From sequence record LR756501.1: a stretch of 64,000 nt of DNA; one strand, given 5' to 3'. The position numbers and the translations under genes are program-made. Under the pieces are notes generated by a model. The model made no database searches and had not been told where the DNA came from. It worked only from the letters and a program-made list of their open reading frames with translations. Position 1 is the first letter of the stretch; each line of letters opens with the position of its first letter. Shown here piece by piece: positions 9,401 through 17,729 of the stretch.

Positions 9401-9659
9401 CTTTAATATATTTAACGTCACCACTACGTATAGAGTGGTCGGACGCGTTAGTAAGAATTTCGTCAAAAAGTTTTAGAAAGCCTGGATTGAAGTTGATAGG
9501 TTTATTAACTATTTTAATATTGTTTAAGTCCTTTGGATCTTCAACAACGAAGATATTTCTAGTTTCTGTAATGGTTGATCCGACGTATGTATCTGGCCTT
9601 AGAAGGACGTGTTCTTTATGAGTTAATTTTTGATATTTTTCCGAATTAGTTTTAACCAT
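6411..9659 (-). CDS. top2: Type IIA DNA topoisomerase, single polypeptide, eukaryote/NCLDV-like
   Basis: EHVLLRPDTYVGS, EILTNASD, GGKNGLGAKL, TEGDSA, PLKG, DEDADG, KYYKGLGT, DGFKPSQRK, YHHG, ASPRY active-site Tyr; 1082 aa. Confidence 0.97.
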   Translation of the reverse strand: MVKTNSEKYQKLTHKEHVLLRPDTYVGSTITETRNIFVVEDPKDLNNIKIVNKPINFNPGFLKLFDEILTNASDHSIRSGDVKYIKVNVTKDSISIENDGTGIPVEMHSKEKCYIPELIFGHLLAGENFDDTIDRVWGGKNGLGAKLTNIFSKKFILETCDGKKHYHQEFENNMNKIGKPKIKASKKQYTKITFYPDFARFELDGIDEEIESIIVKRCIDVSVYCSKVKVYYNNIHIPTKNFKSYMEMFVGEQESFYEKLDDKWEIGVSRSLDNSFNQVSMVNGISTYNGGTHVNSVSNQITKKVAETLLKKNKKLNIKQNDIKNHLFIFVNCKVVNPLFDTQSKENLISKVTAPEVSDNLIKKIAGSAMIDELIRFLMIKEDFDAKKDIAKSKVKIGKLDDAAKAGTNESEKCLLFLTEGDSAASSCVAGLSEVDSDYFGIFPLKGSGLNVRRASMADIGKNDELKNIINILGLEFGKKYTDTKKLRYGKVVLMSDEDADGKHIKGLLMNIFDTFWPELLHLDFIYEFITPIVRIEKGKVYKYFYRLGDYKKWKSETNTKDWFIKYYKGLGTIQPDEMKEFFKKISKHLIRFHYDKPETKDLLDMLFNDKRADDRKEWLKTYAPVDFIDKFSVKQTYDKFINNEYIEYSMYSNVRQIQNSIDGFKPSQRKAFYTLVKKNIRNEIKVSSLSGAVIESAAYHHGNTSLEEAIVGMAQTFVGTNNINLLSPKGQFGSRIKGGQDSASPRYIFTKLSDISGYIFRKEDNDVLDYLDDDGAPIEPKYYVPIIPMVLVNGAFGLGTGYSSNVPMYNPLEIISYLANKIQGKKTKEVLPYYKGFKGEIIRDEEGGRYITRGIYDKPNANVIRVTELPIGMWNDEYFKKLDKLIEDKIIKDYVKNCTDQVIDIKIILTKEQMEELLGDGNVYKKLSLETYLSTKNMHLFDEECKIKKYTDQYNIIDDFYKVRLEYYTKRKNYQLEELKKDIRIHQNRMKFLKLVIDGEVIINKRSRDLVEQDLEKHKLERVEESYGYLLNMSIMSFTKDRLQELKEEYDKLREKLKKLEQTSEESIWLSELQELKSKIK

Positions 9660-9737
9660 TGATATTAGTTTAGTTTTTCTTATATATAACTTCGACTGGG
9701 TTTTGTTTTTTATAAAAAAATTTTAATATATAGGAGT

Positions 9738-10253
9738 ATGATAAAAGATTATAAATTATTTAGAGTGTTCGAAGAACTGACCGAACCTTGGGACGAAGAA
9801 CCACCTCTTCAATATAATCAATATTTCACTAATAACTGGGTTGGTTTTAAACAGGAGTTATTAGATGATTTGAAACTCAAGTTGATAGGTAAAACAATTT
9901 GTATAGACGCAACAAGACAATATGATTGGAGAGTAAAACAAGAACCTGATCCTATTGATAATATAGTTATTAACGGTACACATGTAAAACCTATTTATAA
10001 AATAACAGTTAAGGATATTCAGTACGATGGTAGTCACAGGCAGGAAGTTTATTACGTTGATATTATAGATGACGAAGGTAAAAGATATAAATTAAAGAAG
10101 ATAGTTACAGATAAAACATATGCTAATTTTGCCAAGAAGGCTGGTAAAGAACTAGAAAGAATGGCGGAAGAAAAGAGAAAGAAGGAAAGATTGAAGTTGA
10201 AGCATTTATATCACGATCCTTACGCCGAAGAACTTTGGGATGAGGACGATTAA
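9738..10253 (+). CDS. Hypothetical protein with CTS-like N-terminus and C-terminal DPYAEELW
   Basis: MIKDYKLFRVFEE...HDPYAEELWDEDD; TAATATATAG at 9724-9733. Confidence 0.75.
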   Translation: MIKDYKLFRVFEELTEPWDEEPPLQYNQYFTNNWVGFKQELLDDLKLKLIGKTICIDATRQYDWRVKQEPDPIDNIVINGTHVKPIYKITVKDIQYDGSHRQEVYYVDIIDDEGKRYKLKKIVTDKTYANFAKKAGKELERMAEEKRKKERLKLKHLYHDPYAEELWDEDD

Positions 10254-10268
10254 AAATAATTTAAAAAT

Positions 10269-10706
10269 ATGATATACAATTTCGAAGAATTTTCATTGAA
10301 CGAAAAATATTACGACGATCTTACACCATATACATACGATGCTATAAGGTGGGCTAAAAATCCTGTTAATATTGGTTGGCTAGATAAAGGACAAGATTAT
10401 ACAAAAGGTGAAGTGCCTGCTGGATTTCTAAACAAATTGGGTAGTGCAGACACTTGTGGTAGGCATAAGGGAAGTCATAATTGTCCTTTCTGTGGGGGAT
10501 CTGATAGTAGTAACGTGTTGTATGTTCAAGGTAAAGGTGTAACTTATGTATTTCCTGAAATGTTATCTCATTATATAAGAAAACACGGATATAAACCACC
10601 ACAAGAATTTATTGACGCAGTAATGGCTTTACCCGATAAGGAAAAAGAAAGATATAAGGGTGGATTTCATCATGGATTCGGTAGTAATTCGCCATGGGGG
10701 TGGTAA
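10269..10706 (+). CDS. Zn-binding domain of unknown function (IGWL...CPFC...HYI..H.Y.PP.EFIDAV), CTS-like N-terminus
   Basis: Paralog of the C-terminal half of 10720..11559; resembles a bacterial DUF (DUF7919-like, from memory). Confidence 0.65.
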   Translation: MIYNFEEFSLNEKYYDDLTPYTYDAIRWAKNPVNIGWLDKGQDYTKGEVPAGFLNKLGSADTCGRHKGSHNCPFCGGSDSSNVLYVQGKGVTYVFPEMLSHYIRKHGYKPPQEFIDAVMALPDKEKERYKGGFHHGFGSNSPWGW

Positions 10707-10719
10707 AAAAATTTAAACT

Positions 10720-11559
10720 GTGAAGAATTATAAACAATTCGTAAACGAATATTACACATGGGATGATGATGTTACTGAAAAAACAATAGATCTTGGTGTT
10801 CTCTATGAACAACAAGAGGGAAACTCTGATCACATATTGCAAATTTTACAATATGAATTTAGACCAATACAATCAAATGATGAATATAAAGTTATCAATT
10901 TAGTCGGTAAGTATAGTAAAGTTAATTTAACATTGGATAATCGTGCGCAATATCCCGGAGGTATAGAAATGGATGAAAAAGGACTCCTATTCTCATCAAG
11001 ATTAAGAGACAGATTAACATTCAGACGTTTAACATTTGATCTTTTTCCCAGATTTCTTTTTAAAATTAAAATATTAAAAAGAAGATTTATCCCTGAAGAT
11101 CCATATGGAGAAGAAGAATGGGATATAAATGAATCCTATTATCCAGATTTATCACCATATAATTATAGTTGGGAGATGCCTGAGTGTGTTAATATTGGTT
11201 GGCTAGATGATAAACACGATTTTGAAAAAGGCGAAGTTCCTGAAGGTTTTGTAGATAAGTTGGTAAAAATGCCAAGGTTTGTACAACATTGTGGTTATCA
11301 CAATTGTCCATTCTGTGAAGGCGGAAGAGATACATGGAGCAGTAGTATTAAATTGGCTATAGGAGACGGTGTAGTTTACCTTTTCCCAGAATTGACGAAG
11401 CACTATATATCTAAACATCATTATAAACCACCACAAGAATTTATTGACGCTGTATTAAAAATGGAAAATATGTCTGATGGTGATGCCCATAGATACATGA
11501 ATAATATCATGTTAAGACATAAGGAACATTTTGATAAAATGTTCCATAGAAAGAGATAG
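10720..11559 (+). CDS. Two-module protein: unknown N-domain, DPYGEEEW linker, paralog of 10269..10706
   Basis: VNIGWLD...GEVPEGF...HCGYHNCPFC...HYISKHHYKPPQEFIDAV shared with the upstream gene. Confidence 0.75.
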   Translation: MKNYKQFVNEYYTWDDDVTEKTIDLGVLYEQQEGNSDHILQILQYEFRPIQSNDEYKVINLVGKYSKVNLTLDNRAQYPGGIEMDEKGLLFSSRLRDRLTFRRLTFDLFPRFLFKIKILKRRFIPEDPYGEEEWDINESYYPDLSPYNYSWEMPECVNIGWLDDKHDFEKGEVPEGFVDKLVKMPRFVQHCGYHNCPFCEGGRDTWSSSIKLAIGDGVVYLFPELTKHYISKHHYKPPQEFIDAVLKMENMSDGDAHRYMNNIMLRHKEHFDKMFHRKR

Positions 11560-11595
11560 ATGACTTTTAATATATACTAGAAAAAACATTTCTAA

Positions 11596-12315
11596 ATGAG
11601 AATAAGTTCACAAAATAATCAATTTATATTCCAATTACCAGTCGATTTTTTAAGTAAATACCTTTACGAAAAATTTCAAATATTTCTGGATAACCAAAGA
11701 ATGCCGTACGATAACGCACTTGATTATCTTAACTCTACAATTAAAGAGGTAGTATTTCCTTCTATTACTTACGAAAATGTAACACAGAGGTTATATGGTG
11801 GTAAAACAGTTGATTATAAATCAGCAAAGAATATATACGACACTTATCAACACGATTTAGATATAACATTTAGAAATGTAGATTCCCATACAAATTACTG
11901 GATGATGCAAGAAATCCTCGCTGAATTTTGGTTGAATACAAGAAAACCTTACGTGCCTTATTTCTCTTTATCAATTTTGGATAAAAACGGTGATTTAATT
12001 TATACTGTGTTATTTAAAAATATATTATTAAAAACACAAGGTGAGAATAGATTTCAATACCAGAAGCAGGACTTTGGTGAACAAACTTTTTCAATTACTT
12101 TCTCATATAACTATTTAGATATTATTTGGGAACTCAGAAAATCTCCAAAAGAAGAAGGTTCAAGTATATTCGATTTGCCTTACGGTCAAGGTTATTGGGA
12201 AAGACAGAGTAAACCAGATTGGGAAAATTTACCTGATATTTCAACAACAAAGGAAAGAAAAAATCCTATAATCTTTCCTGATGAGAGACCAACGTGGGGA
12301 TCGACACAGGTATAA
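11596..12315 (+). CDS. Tail-tube/tube-initiator-like protein (gp19/gp48/gp54 superfamily)
   Basis: LSILDKNGDLIYTVLFKNI...TFSITFSYNYLDI pattern; TAATATATA at 11568-11576. Confidence 0.5.
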   Translation: MRISSQNNQFIFQLPVDFLSKYLYEKFQIFLDNQRMPYDNALDYLNSTIKEVVFPSITYENVTQRLYGGKTVDYKSAKNIYDTYQHDLDITFRNVDSHTNYWMMQEILAEFWLNTRKPYVPYFSLSILDKNGDLIYTVLFKNILLKTQGENRFQYQKQDFGEQTFSITFSYNYLDIIWELRKSPKEEGSSIFDLPYGQGYWERQSKPDWENLPDISTTKERKNPIIFPDERPTWGSTQV

Positions 12316-12392
12316 TCATAAATATTTAATTACGCGCATTTTTTAAAACTTATGATTTTTCGTCGCCTATAAATCTGTATAAATCTAAAACT

Positions 12393-13559
12393 ATGATAGA
12401 AACATTAACGCAACCCAAAGGAATGGTCTTGGAGGACGATTTCTTTGAAAAATTAAAGAATGAAAACAAAGTTTTCAAGTACAAGAACAAAGACAAACAC
12501 GCTTCCCTAACCGATGATTACTTATTCTTCCTTAAAAAATTAGAAGAGTCAACGACTACTTTTAAACAAATTGAAGAAGGAGAAGTAGTTGAAGGTAACA
12601 TTGTTAGTATCGATAAGAAAGAAATTATTATTGATATTAATTTCAAAGATACTGTATTCGTAGAAACGAAAACTATTGACCAAAACATGTTTGATAACTT
12701 ACATGTTGGCGACCCTATTAACGTTATGATCACTGAAATTAGTGATACTCCGTACTTCATCAAAGGATCTCTTAACGATCTTCTAAAACTCAATATTTCA
12801 AATATTGTTAAGGAACATTTTAATGAGAACAGATGTTTGTACGCTACTGTGAAAGAATCACAACCAGCAGGTTATTATCTCAACTTAGAGGTTGAAGGAC
12901 AAATAATTGACGCATTTATGCCAAACACACTAGCTGGTGTTAATAAACTTCACGACCCAAGTGCCATTGTTGGACAAAGATTCGAAGTTATGATTGAAAC
13001 TTTGGAACAAGACAAAGGTATTTATGTTGTTAGTCGTAAAAAATTCCTTGAAGATCAAATTCCTGAGAAGATCAAGATTTTGAAAAAGGAATGGATTAAA
13101 GACAAAAATAAAGTCTATTACGGACATATCACTGGCACAACTCCATTTGGAGCATTTGTTGAATTCCAAGGCGAGCCTTTAACATGTATGATACATCGTT
13201 ATAACATTCAAGAAGACTGGCAAACAGATGAAAAATGGGCACAGTTGAAACCAGGAATGATGGTAAACTTTTATGTGAAGGATATTATCACACGTAAGAA
13301 CAAGATTATTTCAACTCAAATTCTACGTGATTCTTTATGGGACACTATTAAAGTTGACGATACTGTAAAAGGTAAAGTTATAGCTATCAAGCCATTCGGT
13401 GCACTCATTCAATTGGATGAAGAAACAAATGGACTTATACAAAATACCTATCTTCAAAAGAATAAGATTGAATTGAAACTTGGACAGGAAATTGAAGTGA
13501 AGGTAACAAGTATTATGAAAGATGAAAGAAAAATTAATTTATCTCTAGTGAGTAAATAA
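12393..13559 (+). CDS. rpsA: Ribosomal protein S1-like protein (multiple S1 domains)
   Basis: EGEVVEGNIVSI, DAFMPNT...VVSRKK, ITGTTPFGAFVEF, VIAIKPFGALIQL...ERKINLSL; 388 aa. Confidence 0.85.
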   Translation: MIETLTQPKGMVLEDDFFEKLKNENKVFKYKNKDKHASLTDDYLFFLKKLEESTTTFKQIEEGEVVEGNIVSIDKKEIIIDINFKDTVFVETKTIDQNMFDNLHVGDPINVMITEISDTPYFIKGSLNDLLKLNISNIVKEHFNENRCLYATVKESQPAGYYLNLEVEGQIIDAFMPNTLAGVNKLHDPSAIVGQRFEVMIETLEQDKGIYVVSRKKFLEDQIPEKIKILKKEWIKDKNKVYYGHITGTTPFGAFVEFQGEPLTCMIHRYNIQEDWQTDEKWAQLKPGMMVNFYVKDIITRKNKIISTQILRDSLWDTIKVDDTVKGKVIAIKPFGALIQLDEETNGLIQNTYLQKNKIELKLGQEIEVKVTSIMKDERKINLSLVSK

Positions 13560-13596
13560 GAAAAAACTAACATCTATACATTAATATATAAGAAAT

Positions 13597-13620
13597 GATA
13601 GCATATAATAATGTGCTATC
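13597..13620 (+). terminator. Hairpin after the S1 gene, followed by a T-tract
   Basis: GATAGCATAT-AATA-ATGTGCTATC then ATTTTTTT. Confidence 0.55.
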
Positions 13621-13671
13621 ATTTTTTTATATGAAATAAAATTCATAATTTAGCAAAAATAAATTAATTCA

Positions 13672-14154
13672 ATGAAAGACTTTAAACTTTTTGGTGGGCA
13701 AGAATTGAAGGACCTTGGTGAATATCTACGGGAATATTACGCATTATATCCTGATATACAGATATTTATTGGGACGGACTCTGCTCAACACGGTAAAGTC
13801 ACAAAATACGCTACTGCTATTTCTTTGTTACATCCAGGTAAAGGTGTGCATGTTATTTTCAATAGACATAATATCAAGAGGGAACGTGATATGTTTACAC
13901 GTCTATGGAACGAAGTAGAATATACACGTGAAGTAGCTGATTACGTTCACGATATAATGGTTGATATTTATCCACATAAGGAAGATACTAAAATTCCAGT
14001 ACTTCACTTGGACTTTAATAAACAACCACGTCATAAGTCAAACGTAGTTCACGACTTATCAGTTGGATATTTGAAAGGATTTGGTTACGAAGTTCATACA
14101 AAACCAGATTCATGGTGTGCTACGTTCTGCGCAGACATGTTAGTTAAAAACTAG
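13672..14154 (+). CDS. RNase H-like YkuK/DUF458 family protein
   Basis: IFIGTDSAQ, LWNEV, LHLDFN, KSN, TKPDSWCATFCAD. Confidence 0.88.
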   Translation: MKDFKLFGGQELKDLGEYLREYYALYPDIQIFIGTDSAQHGKVTKYATAISLLHPGKGVHVIFNRHNIKRERDMFTRLWNEVEYTREVADYVHDIMVDIYPHKEDTKIPVLHLDFNKQPRHKSNVVHDLSVGYLKGFGYEVHTKPDSWCATFCADMLVKN

Positions 14155-14173
14155 ATTTCCTTGACCTTGGCTA

Positions 14174-14202
14174 AAAAGGGGGCTTAACGCCCTCTTTTTT
14201 TT
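14174..14202 (+). terminator. Rho-independent terminator
   Basis: AAAAGGGGGC-TTAAC-GCCCTCTTTTTTTT. Confidence 0.8.
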
Positions 14203-14228
14203 GTTCAAAAATATTTATATATAGTGGC

Positions 14229-14927
14229 ATGAAAAAGTACAATGAATATCTTTTAGAGGAAAAATTTAATCAAACCAATACTGATCTAATTTTAGAAAAA
14301 TCCGCTTTCGCTGCTTATAAAGACGTTCAACACCTTGTGTTAAAACAATATGGATCACAACTTTATTTTATAGCAACATTCAATTCAGCTATTGTATCTT
14401 TATATCCTATTGTTAAACATGTAATATACAATTCAAATCTTGATATAAACATATCAACTTATCAAATAGCTTTATTAACTATATTTGCTATTGCTGAAAT
14501 CTTACACGTTAACAACGACGCTGTTAAAGATATTAAAAGAAAATTGATAGAAGATCATTTTCTTATTCACGTTCAGGCTGTTAAGAAAACATTATTCTCA
14601 GTAGAGAAAATAGTTAGAGTAGTAGCAAAAACAGTTGGTAAGACTATATCTTTATTTATTGATATGTTAGCGTATGTAACTATTCTTGTACCTATTAATG
14701 ATGCACTTATAGAAATAATAAATAAGGACGGATTAGATATGAATACTTTGCCACATAAGGTATTAGGATTAGGTATAGGATTAGGTATTTTGACTTTTAA
14801 AAATATAATTGTTAGGATATTAGATAAAATAGGATTACATACATCTATATCTAAGGTTGATGATGTTATAGAAGATGAAAAGAAGAATGTCTATCACAAA
14901 ATGAGAACCAAAGAAAAAATGAAGTGA
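14229..14927 (+). CDS. Hypothetical multi-pass membrane-like protein, CTS-like N-terminus
   Basis: MKKYNEYLLEE; several hydrophobic segments. Confidence 0.7.
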   Translation: MKKYNEYLLEEKFNQTNTDLILEKSAFAAYKDVQHLVLKQYGSQLYFIATFNSAIVSLYPIVKHVIYNSNLDINISTYQIALLTIFAIAEILHVNNDAVKDIKRKLIEDHFLIHVQAVKKTLFSVEKIVRVVAKTVGKTISLFIDMLAYVTILVPINDALIEIINKDGLDMNTLPHKVLGLGIGLGILTFKNIIVRILDKIGLHTSISKVDDVIEDEKKNVYHKMRTKEKMK

Positions 14928-14930
14928 TAG

Positions 14931-15776
14931 ATGAAAGTTAAGAAACTACAAGAATATAACACTAAAAGAATAATGGTCTTTAGTGGCTCAGCTAGATGTA
15001 TGGACAATTGTCCTGGTCAAGATGGTAAGACTAATTATATTGTAGAACAAGCAATTAAAGACTTACCAAAAGACATAGAAATTGATCTGGTTGATCTTTC
15101 AGTTGAAACTGATAAACCTATTATTCAACCTTGTAAGGGCTGTATATCAACCGCTGGTGGTGCTCACTGCCATTTTCCATGTGATTGTTACTTTAAAAAG
15201 AATAAAGATTATCCAGATTTAATGCACGATTTTGATATTTACAAAAGACTTTTAAAAGCTGACGCTTTCATAGTATTTACTCCTATTAATTGGTGGAGTG
15301 TACCTACACAAGTTAAAGCAATGTTTGATAGATTAGTATGTGGTTCTCTTACCATTACAGATAAACAAGCACAAGAACTTTGGCCCGATGACGTTAAGAA
15401 TCCTAAAAAGACAAAACCATTTTCAGACACAGAAAAATACAAAGAGATGGTAAAGAATCATTATGAAGGAAAGGTTGGAGCATTTTATGTTCACGGAGAT
15501 GACGGAGCGGATGATTACAAGAACAGAGAAATGCCAGACTCTTATAAGAAATATGAAATAGGTAAATTTGACGAACCTATAAATACTATTAAACCTATTA
15601 TCTGGCAATGTAGATATATGGGAATAGATGTACCTGATGAATTGGTTGAGGCTTTTTATATGAATGAAGATATAAGTTATAGTGACGCTAATGATAAGTT
15701 AAAGGAAGGTAAGTTGAATTTTGCTGTGAAGAAGGCTAGGAAATTAATTTTAGATACTTTTGATTATATAAAATAA
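14931..15776 (+). CDS. Iron-sulfur flavoprotein / NADPH-dependent FMN reductase family
   Basis: VFSGSAR, PCKGCIS...CHFPCDC, ADAFIVFTPINWWSVPTQVKAMFDRL. Confidence 0.9.
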   Translation: MKVKKLQEYNTKRIMVFSGSARCMDNCPGQDGKTNYIVEQAIKDLPKDIEIDLVDLSVETDKPIIQPCKGCISTAGGAHCHFPCDCYFKKNKDYPDLMHDFDIYKRLLKADAFIVFTPINWWSVPTQVKAMFDRLVCGSLTITDKQAQELWPDDVKNPKKTKPFSDTEKYKEMVKNHYEGKVGAFYVHGDDGADDYKNREMPDSYKKYEIGKFDEPINTIKPIIWQCRYMGIDVPDELVEAFYMNEDISYSDANDKLKEGKLNFAVKKARKLILDTFDYIK

Positions 15777-15787
15777 TATATAGTGAT

Positions 15788-16360
15788 ATGTTAACGAAAT
15801 TTGAATTATTTTTGGAAGGTAAATGGTTTGGAGGCGGTAGAGCAGCAAAGGCTGGCCCTAATGCTCCAGTTGTTGTTCCTAATCAAGAGCAAGCAAAGAA
15901 AAAAGTTTACGATAAACCAGATGATGATATAATAGAATGGATGATTAACTATCTTAAAAAGACTGGTGTTGATGAGACAAAATTAACTGATGATTATAAT
16001 TTATCTCCAAAAACTTTTGAACCTAAACAATGGTGGGAATATAAATTTATAAAACAAGGAAAGACTAATCCATTGGATCCTTACGGTGAAGAAGATTGGC
16101 CAGGAGCTACTGGTAATAAACAGATTAATATAAGAATAGAAAAGAGATCTCTACTTGGTGACAAATATGAATATTATTATAGGTTCAAAGTTAATGATAA
16201 TGATTTAGATGTATCTGAAAAATATATTAAAAGAATAGTAGAATTACTTGACGCCCCAAAAGAAGCAAGAAGGTTGGCGAGAGAAAAAAGGGAGGCTGAA
16301 GCTAAGAAATCCAAGAATGACGCAATAAGAAGAGATTTATTTGAAAAAAGATCGAAATAA
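15788..16360 (+). CDS. Hypothetical protein with CTS-like N-terminus and DPYGEEDW
   Basis: MLTKFELFLEG...LDPYGEEDW; TAATATATAG at 15774-15783. Confidence 0.75.
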   Translation: MLTKFELFLEGKWFGGGRAAKAGPNAPVVVPNQEQAKKKVYDKPDDDIIEWMINYLKKTGVDETKLTDDYNLSPKTFEPKQWWEYKFIKQGKTNPLDPYGEEDWPGATGNKQINIRIEKRSLLGDKYEYYYRFKVNDNDLDVSEKYIKRIVELLDAPKEARRLAREKREAEAKKSKNDAIRRDLFEKRSK

Positions 16361-16384
16361 TTTTTTTATTCGAACTCGTCGCAG

Positions 16385-16392
16385 TATCTTTG
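16385..16392 (+). promoter_or_regulatory. Bacteroidota-type -7 promoter element TAnnTTTG (representative)
   Basis: Also at 19144, 49915, 52202 (+) and 26776, 28431, 47412, 48131 (-), all intergenic and pointing into the downstream gene or RNA. Confidence 0.7.
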
Positions 16393-16411
16393 TGTTATCA
16401 AATCAAAAACA

Positions 16412-16687
16412 ATGGCTGGAGAGAAAATGTTTACCAACTTTCAAGTTTTAAGAAATAAATTCAACACCGTTGAAGATTTTGCAGACGGTTTGAAGAAAAT
16501 GACTAAAGATAAAGACGCTATATTTGTTAGTCCTGGCAAACGTCGTGAATCACGTGCTGGAAACAAATTTTGGGAACATAAAATTGATAGTGAAGATATT
16601 AGATTACAAAATAATGTTATTTGGGTATCCGATAAACATTATTTATCATTAAATGATTTAGATCAGTGGTACATTAGAATAAAATAA
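16412..16687 (+). CDS. Hypothetical protein
   Basis: Clean ORF downstream of TATCTTTG (16385-16392). Confidence 0.65.
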   Translation: MAGEKMFTNFQVLRNKFNTVEDFADGLKKMTKDKDAIFVSPGKRRESRAGNKFWEHKIDSEDIRLQNNVIWVSDKHYLSLNDLDQWYIRIK

Positions 16688-16738
16688 TTAAAACAAATTT
16701 CAATTATTAATATATAAATAAAAAAGGAGAAACAAACA

Positions 16739-17122
16739 ATGTCGTAGATTTACAAATTAATCGTAGTAACAAGACAAGATCTTACCCCTGGCTATCAAGC
16801 CACACAGGCAACTCACGCCGCATTATTATTCGCACAAGAATTTCCATAGATTTATGAGCAGTGGTCAAAAGACCCTTATTTAGCTTTGCTTTCTGTTAAG
16901 AATGAGCAAGAGCTTCGTATTCTCATATCCAAATTAGAAAAATCCAAAATCAAATTTTCAGTATTCAGGGAACCTGATATTAACAATCAGATTACCGCTA
17001 TCTGTATTGAACCTTCTGAAGCATCCAGAAAGGCTACTAGCTCTTTGCCCCAAATGTTAAGAGACTTGAAGACTGAGAATCAGATTGATAAAAATAATTA
17101 CGTAAAGGAGGAAGTATTATGA
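16739..17122 (+). CDS. PTH2-fold (peptidyl-tRNA hydrolase 2 / PTRHD1-like) protein with two in-frame amber codons
   Basis: AAAAGGAGA SD, ATG 16739; MS*IYKLIVVTRQDLTPGYQATQATHAALLFAQEFP*IYEQWSKDPYLALLSVKNEQEL...FREPDINNQITAICIEP; TAG at 16745-47 and 16847-49, in frame with track ORF 16886..17122. Confidence 0.82.
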
Positions 17123-17385
17123 AAGAAATTAAATGTTACACATGTAAAAGTAGAAACTTAGATCCTGTTCCAGAAGATTTACCGTGTGTTGATTGTTGGA
17201 ATGAAATGGACTATGTTAATTATGAACCTAAAACAACAGAAGAATTAAAAAAACAATTTGAAGATAGAAGATGGGATCTTTTAGATTGGTTGAACTCAGC
17301 GAGAGAAATAGACGATGAGGTATTAACAATATCAGATGAAATGGAATCAATATTAAACGAACTTAAAGAAAGGAAAACAAAATGA
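17119..17385 (+). CDS. Hypothetical protein (CxxC...CxxC)
   Basis: CYTC...CVDC; ATGA overlap; AAGGAGG upstream. Confidence 0.7.
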   Translation: MKEIKCYTCKSRNLDPVPEDLPCVDCWNEMDYVNYEPKTTEELKKQFEDRRWDLLDWLNSAREIDDEVLTISDEMESILNELKERKTK

Positions 17386-17729
17386 AAAAATTAGAATTAG
17401 AAATTAAGAATTGTAGTGGATGTCCATACTTGACTTATGATAGTCATTATTCAATGAGTAGAGATAGTGGATATGATTGTAAAAAATCACACAGAAGGGT
17501 TATTGATGATTGGGATTACAATAATACCAATAATCCTAAAAGATTAGTCCAAGATTGGGATAACAGTTATCCAATTCCATCGCCTGATTGGTGTCCATTA
17601 GAAGATAAATTGGAATTTGATTTTGGTAATCCAATGGAAGGAAAAGAATTAGAAATATTAAAAAAGACAGCAAGTAGATTGATTTCAAATAAACCAACAA
17701 CATTAAATAAAAAGGGGGAAACAAAATGA
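17382..17729 (+). CDS. Hypothetical Cys-rich phage protein
   Basis: IKNCSGCPY...DC...IPSPDWCPL. Confidence 0.7.
   Translation: MKKLELEIKNCSGCPYLTYDSHYSMSRDSGYDCKKSHRRVIDDWDYNNTNNPKRLVQDWDNSYPIPSPDWCPLEDKLEFDFGNPMEGKELEILKKTASRLISNKPTTLNKKGETK

Noticed and set aside
7878-9621. Short ORFs overlapping Top2 (7878, 8143, 8437, 9260, 9358) and similar shadows over S1, fcl-region genes, amidase and others
   Set aside because: They are antisense or alternate-frame shadows of well-supported genes, with no motifs or promoters.
14152-14187. TAG-ATT after the YkuK-like gene as another read-through site
   Set aside because: The domain is complete at the TAG, and read-through would add only about 10 residues inside a terminator hairpin.
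14925-14933. In-frame fusion of 14229..14927 with the flavoprotein via TAG
   Set aside because: A TGA precedes the TAG, so amber suppression alone cannot fuse them.
16886-17122. Track ORF of 78 aa as a complete gene
   Set aside because: It starts at TTG in the middle of the PTH2 fold; the SD, the ATG and the conserved N-terminal motifs lie 147 nt upstream in the same frame.
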